A stretch of 40,778 nucleotides of DNA from a phage: the sequence record PZ179885.1; one strand, given 5' to 3'. Below the pieces are notes generated by a model, which saw nothing but the letters and a program-made list of their open reading frames with translations, made no database searches and was not told where the DNA came from. The position numbers and the translations under genes are program-made. Numbering within the stretch: position 1 is the first letter of the stretch; every line of letters starts with the position of its first letter. This document shows, one piece after another, positions 27,339 to 37,469 of the stretch.

Positions 27339-29696
27339 ATGCCACTAATTACTCAATCAATCAAGAACCTTAAAGGTGGCATTAGCCAGCAGCCAGACAT
27401 ACTGAGGTTCTCAGACCAAGGCGAGGAGCAAGTTAACTGCTGGTCATCCGAGAGTGATGGCCTCCAGAAGCGTCCACCTACAGTCTTCAAGCGACGTCTT
27501 AACATCGACGTTGGGAGCAACCCTAAGTTCCACCTGATTAACCGTGACGAGCATGAGCAGTATTACATCGTGTTCAATGGGTCCAACATTCAGGTAGTTG
27601 ACTTGAGCGGTAATCAATACTCAGTTTCCGGTGATGTAGACTACGTTAAGTCCTCCAACCCACGAGATGACATCCGTGTCGTTACCGTGGCAGACTATAC
27701 GTTCGTCGTTAACCGTAAGGTTGTCGTTAAAGGTGGGAGCGAGAAGGCACACTCTGGTTATAATCGTAAAGCTCGTGCTTTAATTAACCTGCGTGGTGGA
27801 CAGTATGGTCGCACCCTTAAGGTAGGAATCAACGGAGGAGTTAAGGTTGAGCATAAGTTGCCAGCAGGTAATGATGCCGAGAATGACCCTCCTAAGGTGG
27901 ATGCTCAGACCATCGGTGCAGCTCTGAGAGACCTTCTTGTTGCTGCTTACCCTACCTTCACGTTCGACCTTGGGTCTGGCTTCCTGTTAATCACTGCCCC
28001 TTCAGGGACTGACATTAACTCAGTGGAGACGGAGGATGGCTACGCTAACCAGCTAATAAGCCCAGTCCTAGACACTGTGCAGACAATCTCTAAACTACCT
28101 CTTGCCGCTCCTAATGGGTATATCATTAAGATTCAAGGTGAAACAAACAGTAGCGCCGATGAATACTACGTGATGTATGACTCCAACACTAAGACGTGGA
28201 AGGAGACAGTGGAGCCGGGAGTTGTCACTGGGTTCGACAACACCACAATGCCACATGCTCTGGTAAGACAGTCTGACGGCTCCTTTGAGTTCAAGACTCT
28301 GGATTGGTCCAAGCGTGGTGCTGGTAACGATGACACAAACCCTATGCCTAGCTTCGTGGATGCTGCGATTAACGATGTGTTCTTCTACAGGAACAGGCTA
28401 GGGTTCTTGTCGGGTGAGAACGTAATCATGAGCCGTTCAGCAAGCTACTTTGCGTTCTTCCCTAAGAGTGTGGCGACACTGAGTGATGATGATCCTATTG
28501 ACGTAGCTGTAAGTCACCCTCGAATCTCAATCCTTAAGTATGCCGTTCCGTTTAGCGAGCAGCTACTACTTTGGTCGGATGAGGTTCAGTTCGTGATGAC
28601 AAGCTCTGGGGTACTTACCTCGAAGTCTATCCAGCTTGATGTAGGCTCAGAGTTTGCCTTAGGCGATAATGCCCGACCGTTCGCTGTAGGACGCTCAGTC
28701 TTCTTCTCAGCTCCTCGTGGGTCATTCACCAGCATTAAGCGATACTTCGCTGTAGCAGATGTGTCTGACGTGAAGGATGCCGATGATACCACTGGCCACG
28801 TACTGTCCTACATCCCTAACGGGGTGTTTGATATTCAAGGTACAGGTACTGAGAACTACATCTGCGTCAACTCTACAGGTGCATACAACCGAATCTACAT
28901 CTACAAGTTCTTGTTTAAGGACGGAGTACAGCTTCAAGCCTCTTGGTCACACTGGGAGTTCCCTAAAGATGATAAGATTCTGGCGTCTGCTTCTATTGGC
29001 TCTACCATGTTCATCGTTCGTCAGCATCAAGGAGGGGTAGACATTGAGCACCTTAAGTTCATCAAGGAGGCAACTGACTTCCCGTCAGAGCCATATAGAC
29101 TACACATTGACTCCAAGGTGTCTATGGTAATTCCAATTGGCTCATATAATGCTGACACCTATAAGACTACGGTTGACATTGGTGCTGCTTATGGTGGCAA
29201 CGCTCCGTCTCCCGGTCGGTACTATCTGATTGACAGTCAGGGTGCTTATGTGGACCTTGGGGACTTGACCAGTATCTCTACTGTGATTACCCTCAACGGC
29301 GATTGGTCAGGACGTACAGTGTTCATCGGACGGCCCTATCTGATGTCCTACAAGTTCTCACGGTTCCTGATTAAGATTGAAGATGATAGGGGCACTCAGT
29401 CTGAAGACACTGGTCGTCTACAGCTTCGTCGGGCTTGGGTCAACTACAAGGACACTGGCGCTCTGAGACTCATTGTCAGAAACGGTGAGCGGGAGTTCGT
29501 GAACACCTTTAACGGGTACACCCTTGGTCAGCAAACCATCGGGACTACAAACATCGGTGACGGGCAGTATCGCTTCGCTATGAATGGTAACGCATTAACC
29601 ACGAGTCTAACCTTAGAGTCCGACTATCCTACCCCAGTGGCCATCGTTGGGTGCGGCTGGGAGGCGTCATACGCTAAGAAAGCTCGTTCCGTCTAA
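27339..29696 (+). CDS. 12: tail tubular protein B (gene 12)
   Basis: 785 aa; SQSIKNLKGGISQQPDILR, INRDEHEQYY, NDVFFYRNRLGFLSGEN, DDDPIDVAVS, LQLRRAWVNY and IVGCGWE match T7 gp12. Confidence 0.97.
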   Translation: MPLITQSIKNLKGGISQQPDILRFSDQGEEQVNCWSSESDGLQKRPPTVFKRRLNIDVGSNPKFHLINRDEHEQYYIVFNGSNIQVVDLSGNQYSVSGDVDYVKSSNPRDDIRVVTVADYTFVVNRKVVVKGGSEKAHSGYNRKARALINLRGGQYGRTLKVGINGGVKVEHKLPAGNDAENDPPKVDAQTIGAALRDLLVAAYPTFTFDLGSGFLLITAPSGTDINSVETEDGYANQLISPVLDTVQTISKLPLAAPNGYIIKIQGETNSSADEYYVMYDSNTKTWKETVEPGVVTGFDNTTMPHALVRQSDGSFEFKTLDWSKRGAGNDDTNPMPSFVDAAINDVFFYRNRLGFLSGENVIMSRSASYFAFFPKSVATLSDDDPIDVAVSHPRISILKYAVPFSEQLLLWSDEVQFVMTSSGVLTSKSIQLDVGSEFALGDNARPFAVGRSVFFSAPRGSFTSIKRYFAVADVSDVKDADDTTGHVLSYIPNGVFDIQGTGTENYICVNSTGAYNRIYIYKFLFKDGVQLQASWSHWEFPKDDKILASASIGSTMFIVRQHQGGVDIEHLKFIKEATDFPSEPYRLHIDSKVSMVIPIGSYNADTYKTTVDIGAAYGGNAPSPGRYYLIDSQGAYVDLGDLTSISTVITLNGDWSGRTVFIGRPYLMSYKFSRFLIKIEDDRGTQSEDTGRLQLRRAWVNYKDTGALRLIVRNGEREFVNTFNGYTLGQQTIGTTNIGDGQYRFAMNGNALTTSLTLESDYPTPVAIVGCGWEASYAKKARSV

Positions 29697-29720
29697 CTTA
29701 TTGAATGGCCTATAGATTTA

Positions 29721-29743
29721 CCTTAACTATCACTATAGGGACT
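29721..29743 (+). promoter_or_regulatory. phage RNAP promoter (phi13-like), +1 G at 29738
   Basis: CCTTAACTATCACTATAGGGACT. Confidence 0.8.
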
Positions 29744-29782
29744 ATAGGCCCTTTAAGTTATAATACTTTAATAGGAGACTTT

Positions 29783-30241
29783 ATGTATATTCGCAAGGCT
29801 ACGGAACCGGATGTCCACTACTTTCTGTGGCATCTTTCAGCAGATGATATTAATGAGTGCAAAGCAAACTACGGGTCAACCGTTGGTCTCTCTGAAAGAC
29901 TGCTTAAGCACCTATCTCCGTCATCTGTGGTTTTAACGAACGGTGTAGGCGAAGTGTTTGCCTATGGTGGAAACCAAGGGGATAACGTATGGTTCTTGAC
30001 TTCCGGTCTGGTCAACAAGCTGAGACCTAAAGAGAAGCGAGAGTTCATAAAGCGTATCTCTGAGTACAGGGACTTAATGTTAGACCAATACGGGACCATC
30101 TGGAACTACGTGTGGTCAGGCAATAAGTCTCACATTAAATTCTTGAAGTTGCTTGGCGCTAAATTCCATGATGATTGGACTATCAGCCCGGTAACTGGTG
30201 AGCGTTTTCAATTATTCACTATCTCTAAGGAGGACGTATGA
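29783..30241 (+). CDS. 13: gene 13-like internal virion/assembly protein
   Basis: 152 aa from the ATG with GGAG upstream; positional assignment between genes 12 and 14. Confidence 0.6.
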   Translation: MYIRKATEPDVHYFLWHLSADDINECKANYGSTVGLSERLLKHLSPSSVVLTNGVGEVFAYGGNQGDNVWFLTSGLVNKLRPKEKREFIKRISEYRDLMLDQYGTIWNYVWSGNKSHIKFLKLLGAKFHDDWTISPVTGERFQLFTISKEDV

Positions 30242-30639
30242 CGAAGGTCTGTTTAACTTGTGGTCTGGAGAAACCAATCACTGAGTTTCACAAACAGGCC
30301 GCCAAGAAAGACCCGAACAGGCGTAAGCCTCATTGTAGAAGCTGCTGGTCCAAGATACGTAAGGATAGAACCCCAGAGCACAACAGGCGATATAACCTGA
30401 AGAGATGCTATGGAATAACACCTGAGGAGTATGATAAAATGCTTCGTGAGCAAGGTGGGACATGTGCTATTTGTCATGGTACAGAGTCTGTAGGAAGACT
30501 AGCGGTAGACCATTGCCATTCAACTGGAAAGGTTAGAGGGCTGCTATGTACCAACTGCAATCAAGCTATAGGCAAGCTGAAGGATGACGCTCAGTTGCTT
30601 AGAAACGCTATCAACTATCTGGAGGTGAACCGTGTGTGA
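30238..30639 (+). CDS. endonuclease VII-like (His-Me finger) nuclease
   Basis: 133 aa; AICHGTES...LAVDHCHSTGKVRGLLCTNCNQAIG fits the T4 endonuclease VII family; overlaps neighbouring genes at both ends. Confidence 0.8.
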   Translation: MTKVCLTCGLEKPITEFHKQAAKKDPNRRKPHCRSCWSKIRKDRTPEHNRRYNLKRCYGITPEEYDKMLREQGGTCAICHGTESVGRLAVDHCHSTGKVRGLLCTNCNQAIGKLKDDAQLLRNAINYLEVNRV

Positions 30640-31219
30640 ACCAGTATCCATCGGTCTAGGAGTAATGGCTGTAGCAGGGGCCACTATGTCCGCATCCCAA
30701 CAGGCCAAGGCTGAAGGAGCAGCAATTGACGCTCAGAACCGACAGGCTCAGGAAATGGTTAAGCAGATGAACTACTCTGACGCCAACCTGAAGATGCAGG
30801 AGCGAGACCTGAAGGAGCAGCAGATGGCTGAACTGACAGAGACCACGCTCAACGGTATACGAAATCAGGGTATGGTCAGAGCTGCGGTAGCTGAGTCCGG
30901 TCTGGAAGGTAACTCTATGGACAGGATTGAACGTCAGGTCGAAGGAGATACAGTCAAGGAGCGAGCAGGGATTACCGAAAGTTACAACCGCGACTATGCG
31001 GCTATCTTCGGGAACCGTATCGCCAACATTGAGAACACCAAGTCTGCTATCCGTGGTCAAGGTAAAATCATCAAGACCAGTCCACTGGCCCATGCACTTA
31101 ATGTTGCTAACGCCGGGATGCAAGGTTACGCCGCTGGTAAGTCAATGTCTGGGACTTCAGGCTCTGGTGGTGCTGCACCAATTAGTGCTGCTAAAGGCAC
31201 ACCTACAGGTCATAGCTAA
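30632..31219 (+). CDS. 14: internal virion protein B (gene 14), GTG start
   Basis: 195 aa; begins MC like T7 gp14; GLEGNSMDRIERQ resembles T7 MLEGSSMDRIKR; GGAGG 6 nt upstream. Confidence 0.8.
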   Translation: MCEPVSIGLGVMAVAGATMSASQQAKAEGAAIDAQNRQAQEMVKQMNYSDANLKMQERDLKEQQMAELTETTLNGIRNQGMVRAAVAESGLEGNSMDRIERQVEGDTVKERAGITESYNRDYAAIFGNRIANIENTKSAIRGQGKIIKTSPLAHALNVANAGMQGYAAGKSMSGTSGSGGAAPISAAKGTPTGHS

Positions 31220-31230
31220 GAGGAGGACTA

Positions 31231-33513
31231 ATGGCTAGTAATATTGAATCAGCTCTGGCTAATCGGACTATGGGTCGTGGCAGAGCGCCTGGTAAAACTA
31301 TCGCCGTCAACTATCAAGCAGCCAGCGTTCAGGCTCCAACTGGGGACTCAGGGCTGGCTCGTGCATTAACTAACTTCGTTGAGTCTGGGACAGGATTGTA
31401 CAAGCAGTTCAAGGACGATGAGAAGACCAGAGCTGACGAGCGTTCTAACGAGATTATCCGTAAGCTGACACCTCAGCAAAGACGTGAGGCTATCCAGAAC
31501 GGCACATTGCTGTATCAGGATGACCCTTACGCTATGGAAGCACTTCGAGTCAAGACTGGTCGTAATGCTGCCTTTGCTGTAGACGACGAGATTAACGTTA
31601 AGATTCAGAACGGTGAGTTCCGTACACGTCAGGACATGGAAGAGTATCGCCACCAGCGACTTCAGGACGCAGCTAAGTCCTATGCTGAAGAGGCGGGTAT
31701 TAACCCTACCGACGAGTTCTTCCAGCGTGGCTTCAACGATAACATCACGGACAGAAACATCGCTATCTATGGGTCCTTCAATAAGTATTTCAGTAAGCAG
31801 TCTGAAGAGACAGCAATGTTGAATACTCGTATTGAGATGAACTCATTCCTGAACGATGGCGACCTGATGCGCTCACCTGAGTCCGGTAAGACCTTCATGT
31901 CCTACCTTCGTGATGGACTGACTACTGCTGCTATTCCTTCGGACCAGCGAGCACGGGAGGTCATTACCCAGACGGTCCGTGACGCAATCCAGAAGTCAGG
32001 AGGCTCAAACTTCCTACAGCAAGTGCGAGGAGAGCGAATCACCCTTAATGGTGTGGACGCTACAGTCGAAGAGATTGTAGGACCTGATGTCTTCAACGCT
32101 GCTATTGTTGAGGCACAAGGAACTGAGTACAAGCTGGTGGCTAAGTATCAGGAAGACTTGTCGTTAGGCGTTCAGTCTGCGATTCTTCAGGATGACCCAA
32201 CCATCGGTCTGGCCCAGATTCAGAAACTCAAGGAGCAGAACAACCTGCTTCAGCCGGGTGAAGAACTAACGCCTCAGCGTCAGATGCTTATTAATGCCGA
32301 AGCCAGCTTACTGGAAGCGGTCAAGCGTAAGTCTGCTGAACAGGCAAAGGAGAACACTAAGTTAATCCAGACCCAGAACAAGCAACTAGTCATAGACCAA
32401 GTGTATCAGCGACGTCTGGCTGGAGACAACGTGTCCACCAACTATGAGGACCTTCCGGTCTCTGAATCCACAGGAGAGTTCAAGCGTTCAGACATGAACA
32501 ACTATGCGTCTGCTAAGCTACAGCAGATTGACCAGATGGACATCCCTGAGGCTGCTAAGGACGCACAGAAGGTTGCATTATTAAGAGCTGACACTAACAA
32601 CGGTCCGTTCCGTAATGCCTTCCAGACGCTGACTCAGGACGCTGCTGGTGAGTGGCAAGCTGCGGTCATCCGTGGGCAGTACGACCCAGACAAGATGCAA
32701 CGCTTCGAATCTCTTCGTCGTGCCTACACTCAGGACCCTTCAAGTTTTTCTGCTCTGTATCCTGACCAAGCTCAGTTGTTCTCTACGTTCGACCAGATGG
32801 ACAAGATGGGTCTGGACCCTCAGACGATGATTGAAGCTGATAAGCAAGCTGCAAGTCAAAGCCGTGAGATGCGCATGGAGTCAGACAAGGCGTGGCAGGA
32901 GTTGAAGAATGACTCTCGGAATAAGGACCTTTCGCGTCTTCCTACGTCTCTGGACGCAAGTGCTCGTAAGGTCTGGGACTCATGGTACTATCGTACAGGT
33001 AACGCTGACGCTGCAACTCAGCAGACTCAACGCTGGCTGAATGAGAACACCGTAACGTTCCAGTCTGAAGGTTCTGACGGTAAGTCCATCGGCATGGTGT
33101 CCAAGCACCAGCTTATGGTCGGGGATAACCCAGAGTCGTGGCAGGTGGGTCGAGACATTATCGACACCGCTCGTAAGCAGCTCATTAAGGCCAACCCTTG
33201 GGTAGTGAACTCTCAGTTGTCCGTTGTTGAACAGAACGGCTCTATCTTCCTCCAAGACGCTACAGGGACTATTCGTATTCGGTACGATAAAGAACTTGTA
33301 GGTAAACTCTACCGCGAACAACAGCAGAAGGCACAAGATGCCGCATACGCTCAGGCAGAACGTGACGCTAACAAGCGAGCGCGTATCGTCGGGACTAAAG
33401 CTGCTGGTGACAAACGTCGGGCTGACCGAGAGGCCAACATCGAGAAGCGCGGTGGGATGTATAATGACGTCTCACTGGAGGGTATCGCAAACGTACTAAT
33501 TGGTAAGGAGTAA
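31231..33513 (+). CDS. 15: internal virion protein C (gene 15)
   Basis: 760 aa (T7 gp15 is 747 aa); AGGAGG RBS; positional and size match, sequence not verified from memory. Confidence 0.85.
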   Translation: MASNIESALANRTMGRGRAPGKTIAVNYQAASVQAPTGDSGLARALTNFVESGTGLYKQFKDDEKTRADERSNEIIRKLTPQQRREAIQNGTLLYQDDPYAMEALRVKTGRNAAFAVDDEINVKIQNGEFRTRQDMEEYRHQRLQDAAKSYAEEAGINPTDEFFQRGFNDNITDRNIAIYGSFNKYFSKQSEETAMLNTRIEMNSFLNDGDLMRSPESGKTFMSYLRDGLTTAAIPSDQRAREVITQTVRDAIQKSGGSNFLQQVRGERITLNGVDATVEEIVGPDVFNAAIVEAQGTEYKLVAKYQEDLSLGVQSAILQDDPTIGLAQIQKLKEQNNLLQPGEELTPQRQMLINAEASLLEAVKRKSAEQAKENTKLIQTQNKQLVIDQVYQRRLAGDNVSTNYEDLPVSESTGEFKRSDMNNYASAKLQQIDQMDIPEAAKDAQKVALLRADTNNGPFRNAFQTLTQDAAGEWQAAVIRGQYDPDKMQRFESLRRAYTQDPSSFSALYPDQAQLFSTFDQMDKMGLDPQTMIEADKQAASQSREMRMESDKAWQELKNDSRNKDLSRLPTSLDASARKVWDSWYYRTGNADAATQQTQRWLNENTVTFQSEGSDGKSIGMVSKHQLMVGDNPESWQVGRDIIDTARKQLIKANPWVVNSQLSVVEQNGSIFLQDATGTIRIRYDKELVGKLYREQQQKAQDAAYAQAERDANKRARIVGTKAAGDKRRADREANIEKRGGMYNDVSLEGIANVLIGKE

Positions 33514-33517
33514 CATA

Positions 33518-36500
33518 ATGGCGACTCGTGGTATTCGCAATAACAATCCTGGTAACATCCGGGTAAGTAAGGACCAATGGGAAGGAATGACTGGAGATGA
33601 TGGCGCATTCGTCACCTTCGATAGTCCAGAGTCTGGCGTCCGAGCTTTAGGTAAAAACCTGCTGTCCTACGGTCGCCGAGGTTATGACTCCATCGAGAAG
33701 ATTATCAACCGATGGGCACCTCCTAACGAGAACGACACTAAGGCTTATATTGACTCAGTGGTGGCTGCAACTGGTATTCCAGCTACCCAGAGTCTCGACC
33801 TATCGAACCCGGACACCCTGTCTGCTCTGGCGCAAGCTATCAGCTTCCATGAGACAGGCTCCCGGTACGACCCTGAAGTCTATCAGAAGGGAGTCGCACG
33901 AGCACTCAATGGCATTAGCCCAAAGACTCCACCAGTAAGCGCTAACGTATTTGACGCACTCACGGAAGGACTCAAGGCTAAACCTAAAGTAGCTCTGGGC
34001 GAGAACCTTCCGACCGCTGCTGGTCTAAACATTGAGGGTCAAGCACCTGAAGCTCCCAACGAATCGTTCGGTGAGATGTTCTATAAGTCTACTGGCGATA
34101 CCATGCAGGAGCGAGAAGACCGCTCTACGTGGTTCGGTTTCGGTGCTGCTACAGAAGCTGAAGTGAAGAACTCTATGGTCGGCGTGGCTATCCGCGCTGG
34201 TCAGACCGAGGACTCACTTGATGTCATTGGCGATGTGTTCAACCCGACCCGCTGGAACAACCATAAGTGGACTCGTGAAGAGCTTGACCAGATTCGTAAC
34301 GCTGGGGTTCTGCCTCAGTATTACGGAGTCATTACTGGTGGCTCCCCTCAGAACCTGACCGAGCTTATTAACTTGGCGCTTGAGAACCAGAAGTTGGACC
34401 AAGAGAAGGCCAAGGCTGGGACTGGTGCTCAGTTAGCTGCTGGTGTGATTGGTGCTGGTGTAGACCCTCTGACATACGTTCCTATCGCTGGACAGGTTGG
34501 TAAAGGCGGTAAGCTGGTCAACAAGATGTTCACCGTGGCTGCTCAATCTGGAGCACTGGCTGGTGTGTCCGAGATGGCCCGTACCTCAGTGGCTGGGGGT
34601 GATGCTCATGTGGCTGAAGCTATCCTTGGTGGTGCTCTCTTCGGTGGTGGTATGACTGCTATCGCTGATGGGTTAGGCAGAGCCTTAGGTCGCAACACTA
34701 ATGAGTTTGCTGGCCCAGCTACACGTCTGGAAGCTCGTGAGACCGCTCGTAACGTTGATGGTCAGGACCTGTCTCGTCTCCCTATTCAGGAAGGTGAGCA
34801 GACCTTTAGTCATCAAGGCGTTAAGTTCGCTGACGTTCCGAATGAGCCGGGTAGTGTACGACTTGAAGATGGATCAATCCTGATTGGTGAGAACCCTCTT
34901 AACCCTAAGACACGTCAAGTCTTTGACGAAGTGATTGAGCCGGAACGTGCCGCTGCTGGTGTGAACCTTGGTGGACTTACCGAGATTGGCCTGAAGCTGC
35001 TTCGGTCTGAGAACCCTGAGATTCGTGGAGTAGCTGCTGACTTAGTGCGTTCACCGACTGGTATGCAGTCTGGGGCCTCAGGTAAAATAGGGACAACTGC
35101 GTCAGACGTGTTCGAGAGACTTCGTGCTGTGGACCATCGGTTCTACAACGACATCGACGATGCGGTTACTGAGGCACTCAAGGACCCGTACTTCCAGACA
35201 GCATTCTGGCGAGACTCTGGCGCATTCCGTCAGGACATCTACCAGCGTGTGTCTATGGCTATCGAAGATGGTAGCGGAAACCTGAAGGCTGAACTGACTC
35301 CGGGAGAACTGAAAGTCTATGACCTACTGAAGAACCAGTTCGACGCCAAGCGTGAGATGATGGAGAACCCAGCGATGTTTGGTCGTCCAGACGCTCAGTC
35401 TATCTTTCCGGGCAGCCGCTTCAAGGGAACCTACGTCCCGCATGTGTATAGCAACCAGATGAAGGAGCTGTACATCAAGGAGCTTGGGAGTCCAGAGGCA
35501 CTACAGGAGGCCATCAAGAAGTCATGGTTGACCAGCTATGCGTCTCGACCTGAGGTCAAGAAACGTGTGGACGAGGCACTCTTAGAGGCTGACCCTACGT
35601 TGACTCCAGAAGGACTTGCGGCTGCGGTCGATAAGTACGCCAACGATAAGGCTTATGGTATCTCTCACACCGAGCAGTTCGAGCGTTCATCCGTAATGGA
35701 GGAGAACATCAACGGTCTGGTGGGTCTGGAGAACAACAGCTTCCTTGAGGCTCGTAACCTGTTCGACAGCGATATGTCAATAGTTCTTCCTAATGGTCAA
35801 ACCTTCAGTGTCAACAACCTGCGTGAGTGGGACATGGACAAGATTGTCCCGGCATACAACCGTCGAGTTAATGGTGACATTGCTATTATGGCTGGTACAG
35901 GCAAGACAACGAAAGAAATGAAGGACTTGGTTGAGACCATGATGAACAAGGCTGGTGATGACGGTAAGTTGAAAGGTGAGGTATCTACCTTACGTGACAC
36001 CTTGAAGATTCTAACTGGTCGCGCTAGACGTGATGGTGCTGATGATGCTGCCTTCGCTACCGTGATGCGCACAATGACAGACCTATCGTTCTTCGCTAAG
36101 AATGCCTACATGGGTGTTCAGAACTTAACGGAGATTGGTGGTATGCTGGCCCGTGGTAACGTCCGTGCAATGCTGCATGGCGTCCCTATTTTCCGTGACC
36201 TAGCCTTCCGTAACAAGAAGGTAGGGGCCTCAGAGATTAAGGACCTGCATAATGTTATCTTCGGTAAAGAATTGGATGACTCAATCCGTCCGTCTAAACA
36301 GGATGTTATCGACCGTCTGCGATCTTACAGCTCCCTCAGTCGTGGTACAGCTACAGCTCTGGGGACTGCCAAGTATTACACTGGTGAACTTGCAGTACGC
36401 TCTCCGTTCACTAAAGTCCTCAACGGTACGACCAACTACCTGTTAGATGCTGGACGTCAAGGCTTCCTGTCTGACATCGTGGAACATAGCCTGACTGGTA

Positions 36501-37405
36501 GTAAGCGTAAGTTCGATGACCGCTGGCTGAAGACCGCTGGTATATCTGACGAGCAGTGGAAGGGCATTAAGTCCCTAATCCGTGAGTCAGTGACTCGTGG
36601 TCCAGACGGGAAGTATACCATCAAGGATAAGAAGGCGTTCAGTCAGGACCCAAGGGCTATGGACCTGTGGCGTATGGGTGACACCATCGCTGACGAAACG
36701 TTACTCCGGCCCCACAAGCTGTCAAACATGGACGCCAAGGCTTATGGTCCTCTCGCTAAGACTGTCCTTCAGTTTAAGAACTTCGTCATCAAGTCCATCA
36801 ATGGACGTACCATGCGAACCTTCTATAACGCCACGAAGAACAACCGAGCGATGGACGCTGCTCTGTCCACTGTGATCTCTATGGGTCTTGCTGGTATCTA
36901 CTACATGGCTCAGGCGCATGTCAAGGCTTACGCTATGCAGGATGGTCGAGACCGTGACTACCTCAAGCAAGCTCTGGACCCGACGATGATTGGATATGCG
37001 GCTCTATCACGTAGTTCACACCTTGGTGGACCACTTGGGGTAGCTAACATTTTGGGTGGCATAGCTGGGTATGAGGACACTAAGATGCTCCGCTCGTCTA
37101 TCCTACCTCGTTCACCTACAGAGAAGCCTGAACGTGCTATCACATATGGTGCGGCTACAAGTGACCCTGTGATGAATGTTGTTGGTAACTTCCTGGAGCA
37201 GGTTCCAGCTTTCGGATACGCTGCTAACGTTGGTGCTTCGGCTTATAACTTGGCTGGCTACCTAAAGGCGGATACTCGTGTCAATGAGCGGGACTACATG
37301 ACCGGGATGTATAACACGTTCCGTGAACTGGTTCCGAACGACCCAATTACCCAGAAGTTGCTGCTTGGAACGTTTGAGGAGCAAGGTATCCACATCAAGG
37401 ACTAA
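33518..37405 (+). CDS. 16: internal virion protein D (gene 16)
   Basis: 1295 aa from the ATG after AAGGAG; from about residue 200 collinear with T7 gp16 (TWFGFGAA, TGGSPQNL, ARETARN, DLVRSPTGMQSGASGK, NGDIAIMAGTGKTTKE, LLNGTTNYLLDA, MDLWRMGD, ALSRSS, ELVPNDP); the N-terminal domain differs. Confidence 0.95.
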   Translation: MATRGIRNNNPGNIRVSKDQWEGMTGDDGAFVTFDSPESGVRALGKNLLSYGRRGYDSIEKIINRWAPPNENDTKAYIDSVVAATGIPATQSLDLSNPDTLSALAQAISFHETGSRYDPEVYQKGVARALNGISPKTPPVSANVFDALTEGLKAKPKVALGENLPTAAGLNIEGQAPEAPNESFGEMFYKSTGDTMQEREDRSTWFGFGAATEAEVKNSMVGVAIRAGQTEDSLDVIGDVFNPTRWNNHKWTREELDQIRNAGVLPQYYGVITGGSPQNLTELINLALENQKLDQEKAKAGTGAQLAAGVIGAGVDPLTYVPIAGQVGKGGKLVNKMFTVAAQSGALAGVSEMARTSVAGGDAHVAEAILGGALFGGGMTAIADGLGRALGRNTNEFAGPATRLEARETARNVDGQDLSRLPIQEGEQTFSHQGVKFADVPNEPGSVRLEDGSILIGENPLNPKTRQVFDEVIEPERAAAGVNLGGLTEIGLKLLRSENPEIRGVAADLVRSPTGMQSGASGKIGTTASDVFERLRAVDHRFYNDIDDAVTEALKDPYFQTAFWRDSGAFRQDIYQRVSMAIEDGSGNLKAELTPGELKVYDLLKNQFDAKREMMENPAMFGRPDAQSIFPGSRFKGTYVPHVYSNQMKELYIKELGSPEALQEAIKKSWLTSYASRPEVKKRVDEALLEADPTLTPEGLAAAVDKYANDKAYGISHTEQFERSSVMEENINGLVGLENNSFLEARNLFDSDMSIVLPNGQTFSVNNLREWDMDKIVPAYNRRVNGDIAIMAGTGKTTKEMKDLVETMMNKAGDDGKLKGEVSTLRDTLKILTGRARRDGADDAAFATVMRTMTDLSFFAKNAYMGVQNLTEIGGMLARGNVRAMLHGVPIFRDLAFRNKKVGASEIKDLHNVIFGKELDDSIRPSKQDVIDRLRSYSSLSRGTATALGTAKYYTGELAVRSPFTKVLNGTTNYLLDAGRQGFLSDIVEHSLTGSKRKFDDRWLKTAGISDEQWKGIKSLIRESVTRGPDGKYTIKDKKAFSQDPRAMDLWRMGDTIADETLLRPHKLSNMDAKAYGPLAKTVLQFKNFVIKSINGRTMRTFYNATKNNRAMDAALSTVISMGLAGIYYMAQAHVKAYAMQDGRDRDYLKQALDPTMIGYAALSRSSHLGGPLGVANILGGIAGYEDTKMLRSSILPRSPTEKPERAITYGAATSDPVMNVVGNFLEQVPAFGYAANVGASAYNLAGYLKADTRVNERDYMTGMYNTFRELVPNDPITQKLLLGTFEEQGIHIKD

Positions 37406-37423
37406 ACTATCACTATAGGAAAC
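37401..37423 (+). promoter_or_regulatory. phage RNAP promoter (phi17-like), +1 G at 37418
   Basis: ACTAAACTATCACTATAGGAAAC. Confidence 0.8.
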
Positions 37424-37469
37424 GGGAGGCGCTACCATAGGTCTCCGTTTAAATCACAAAGGAGGCATA

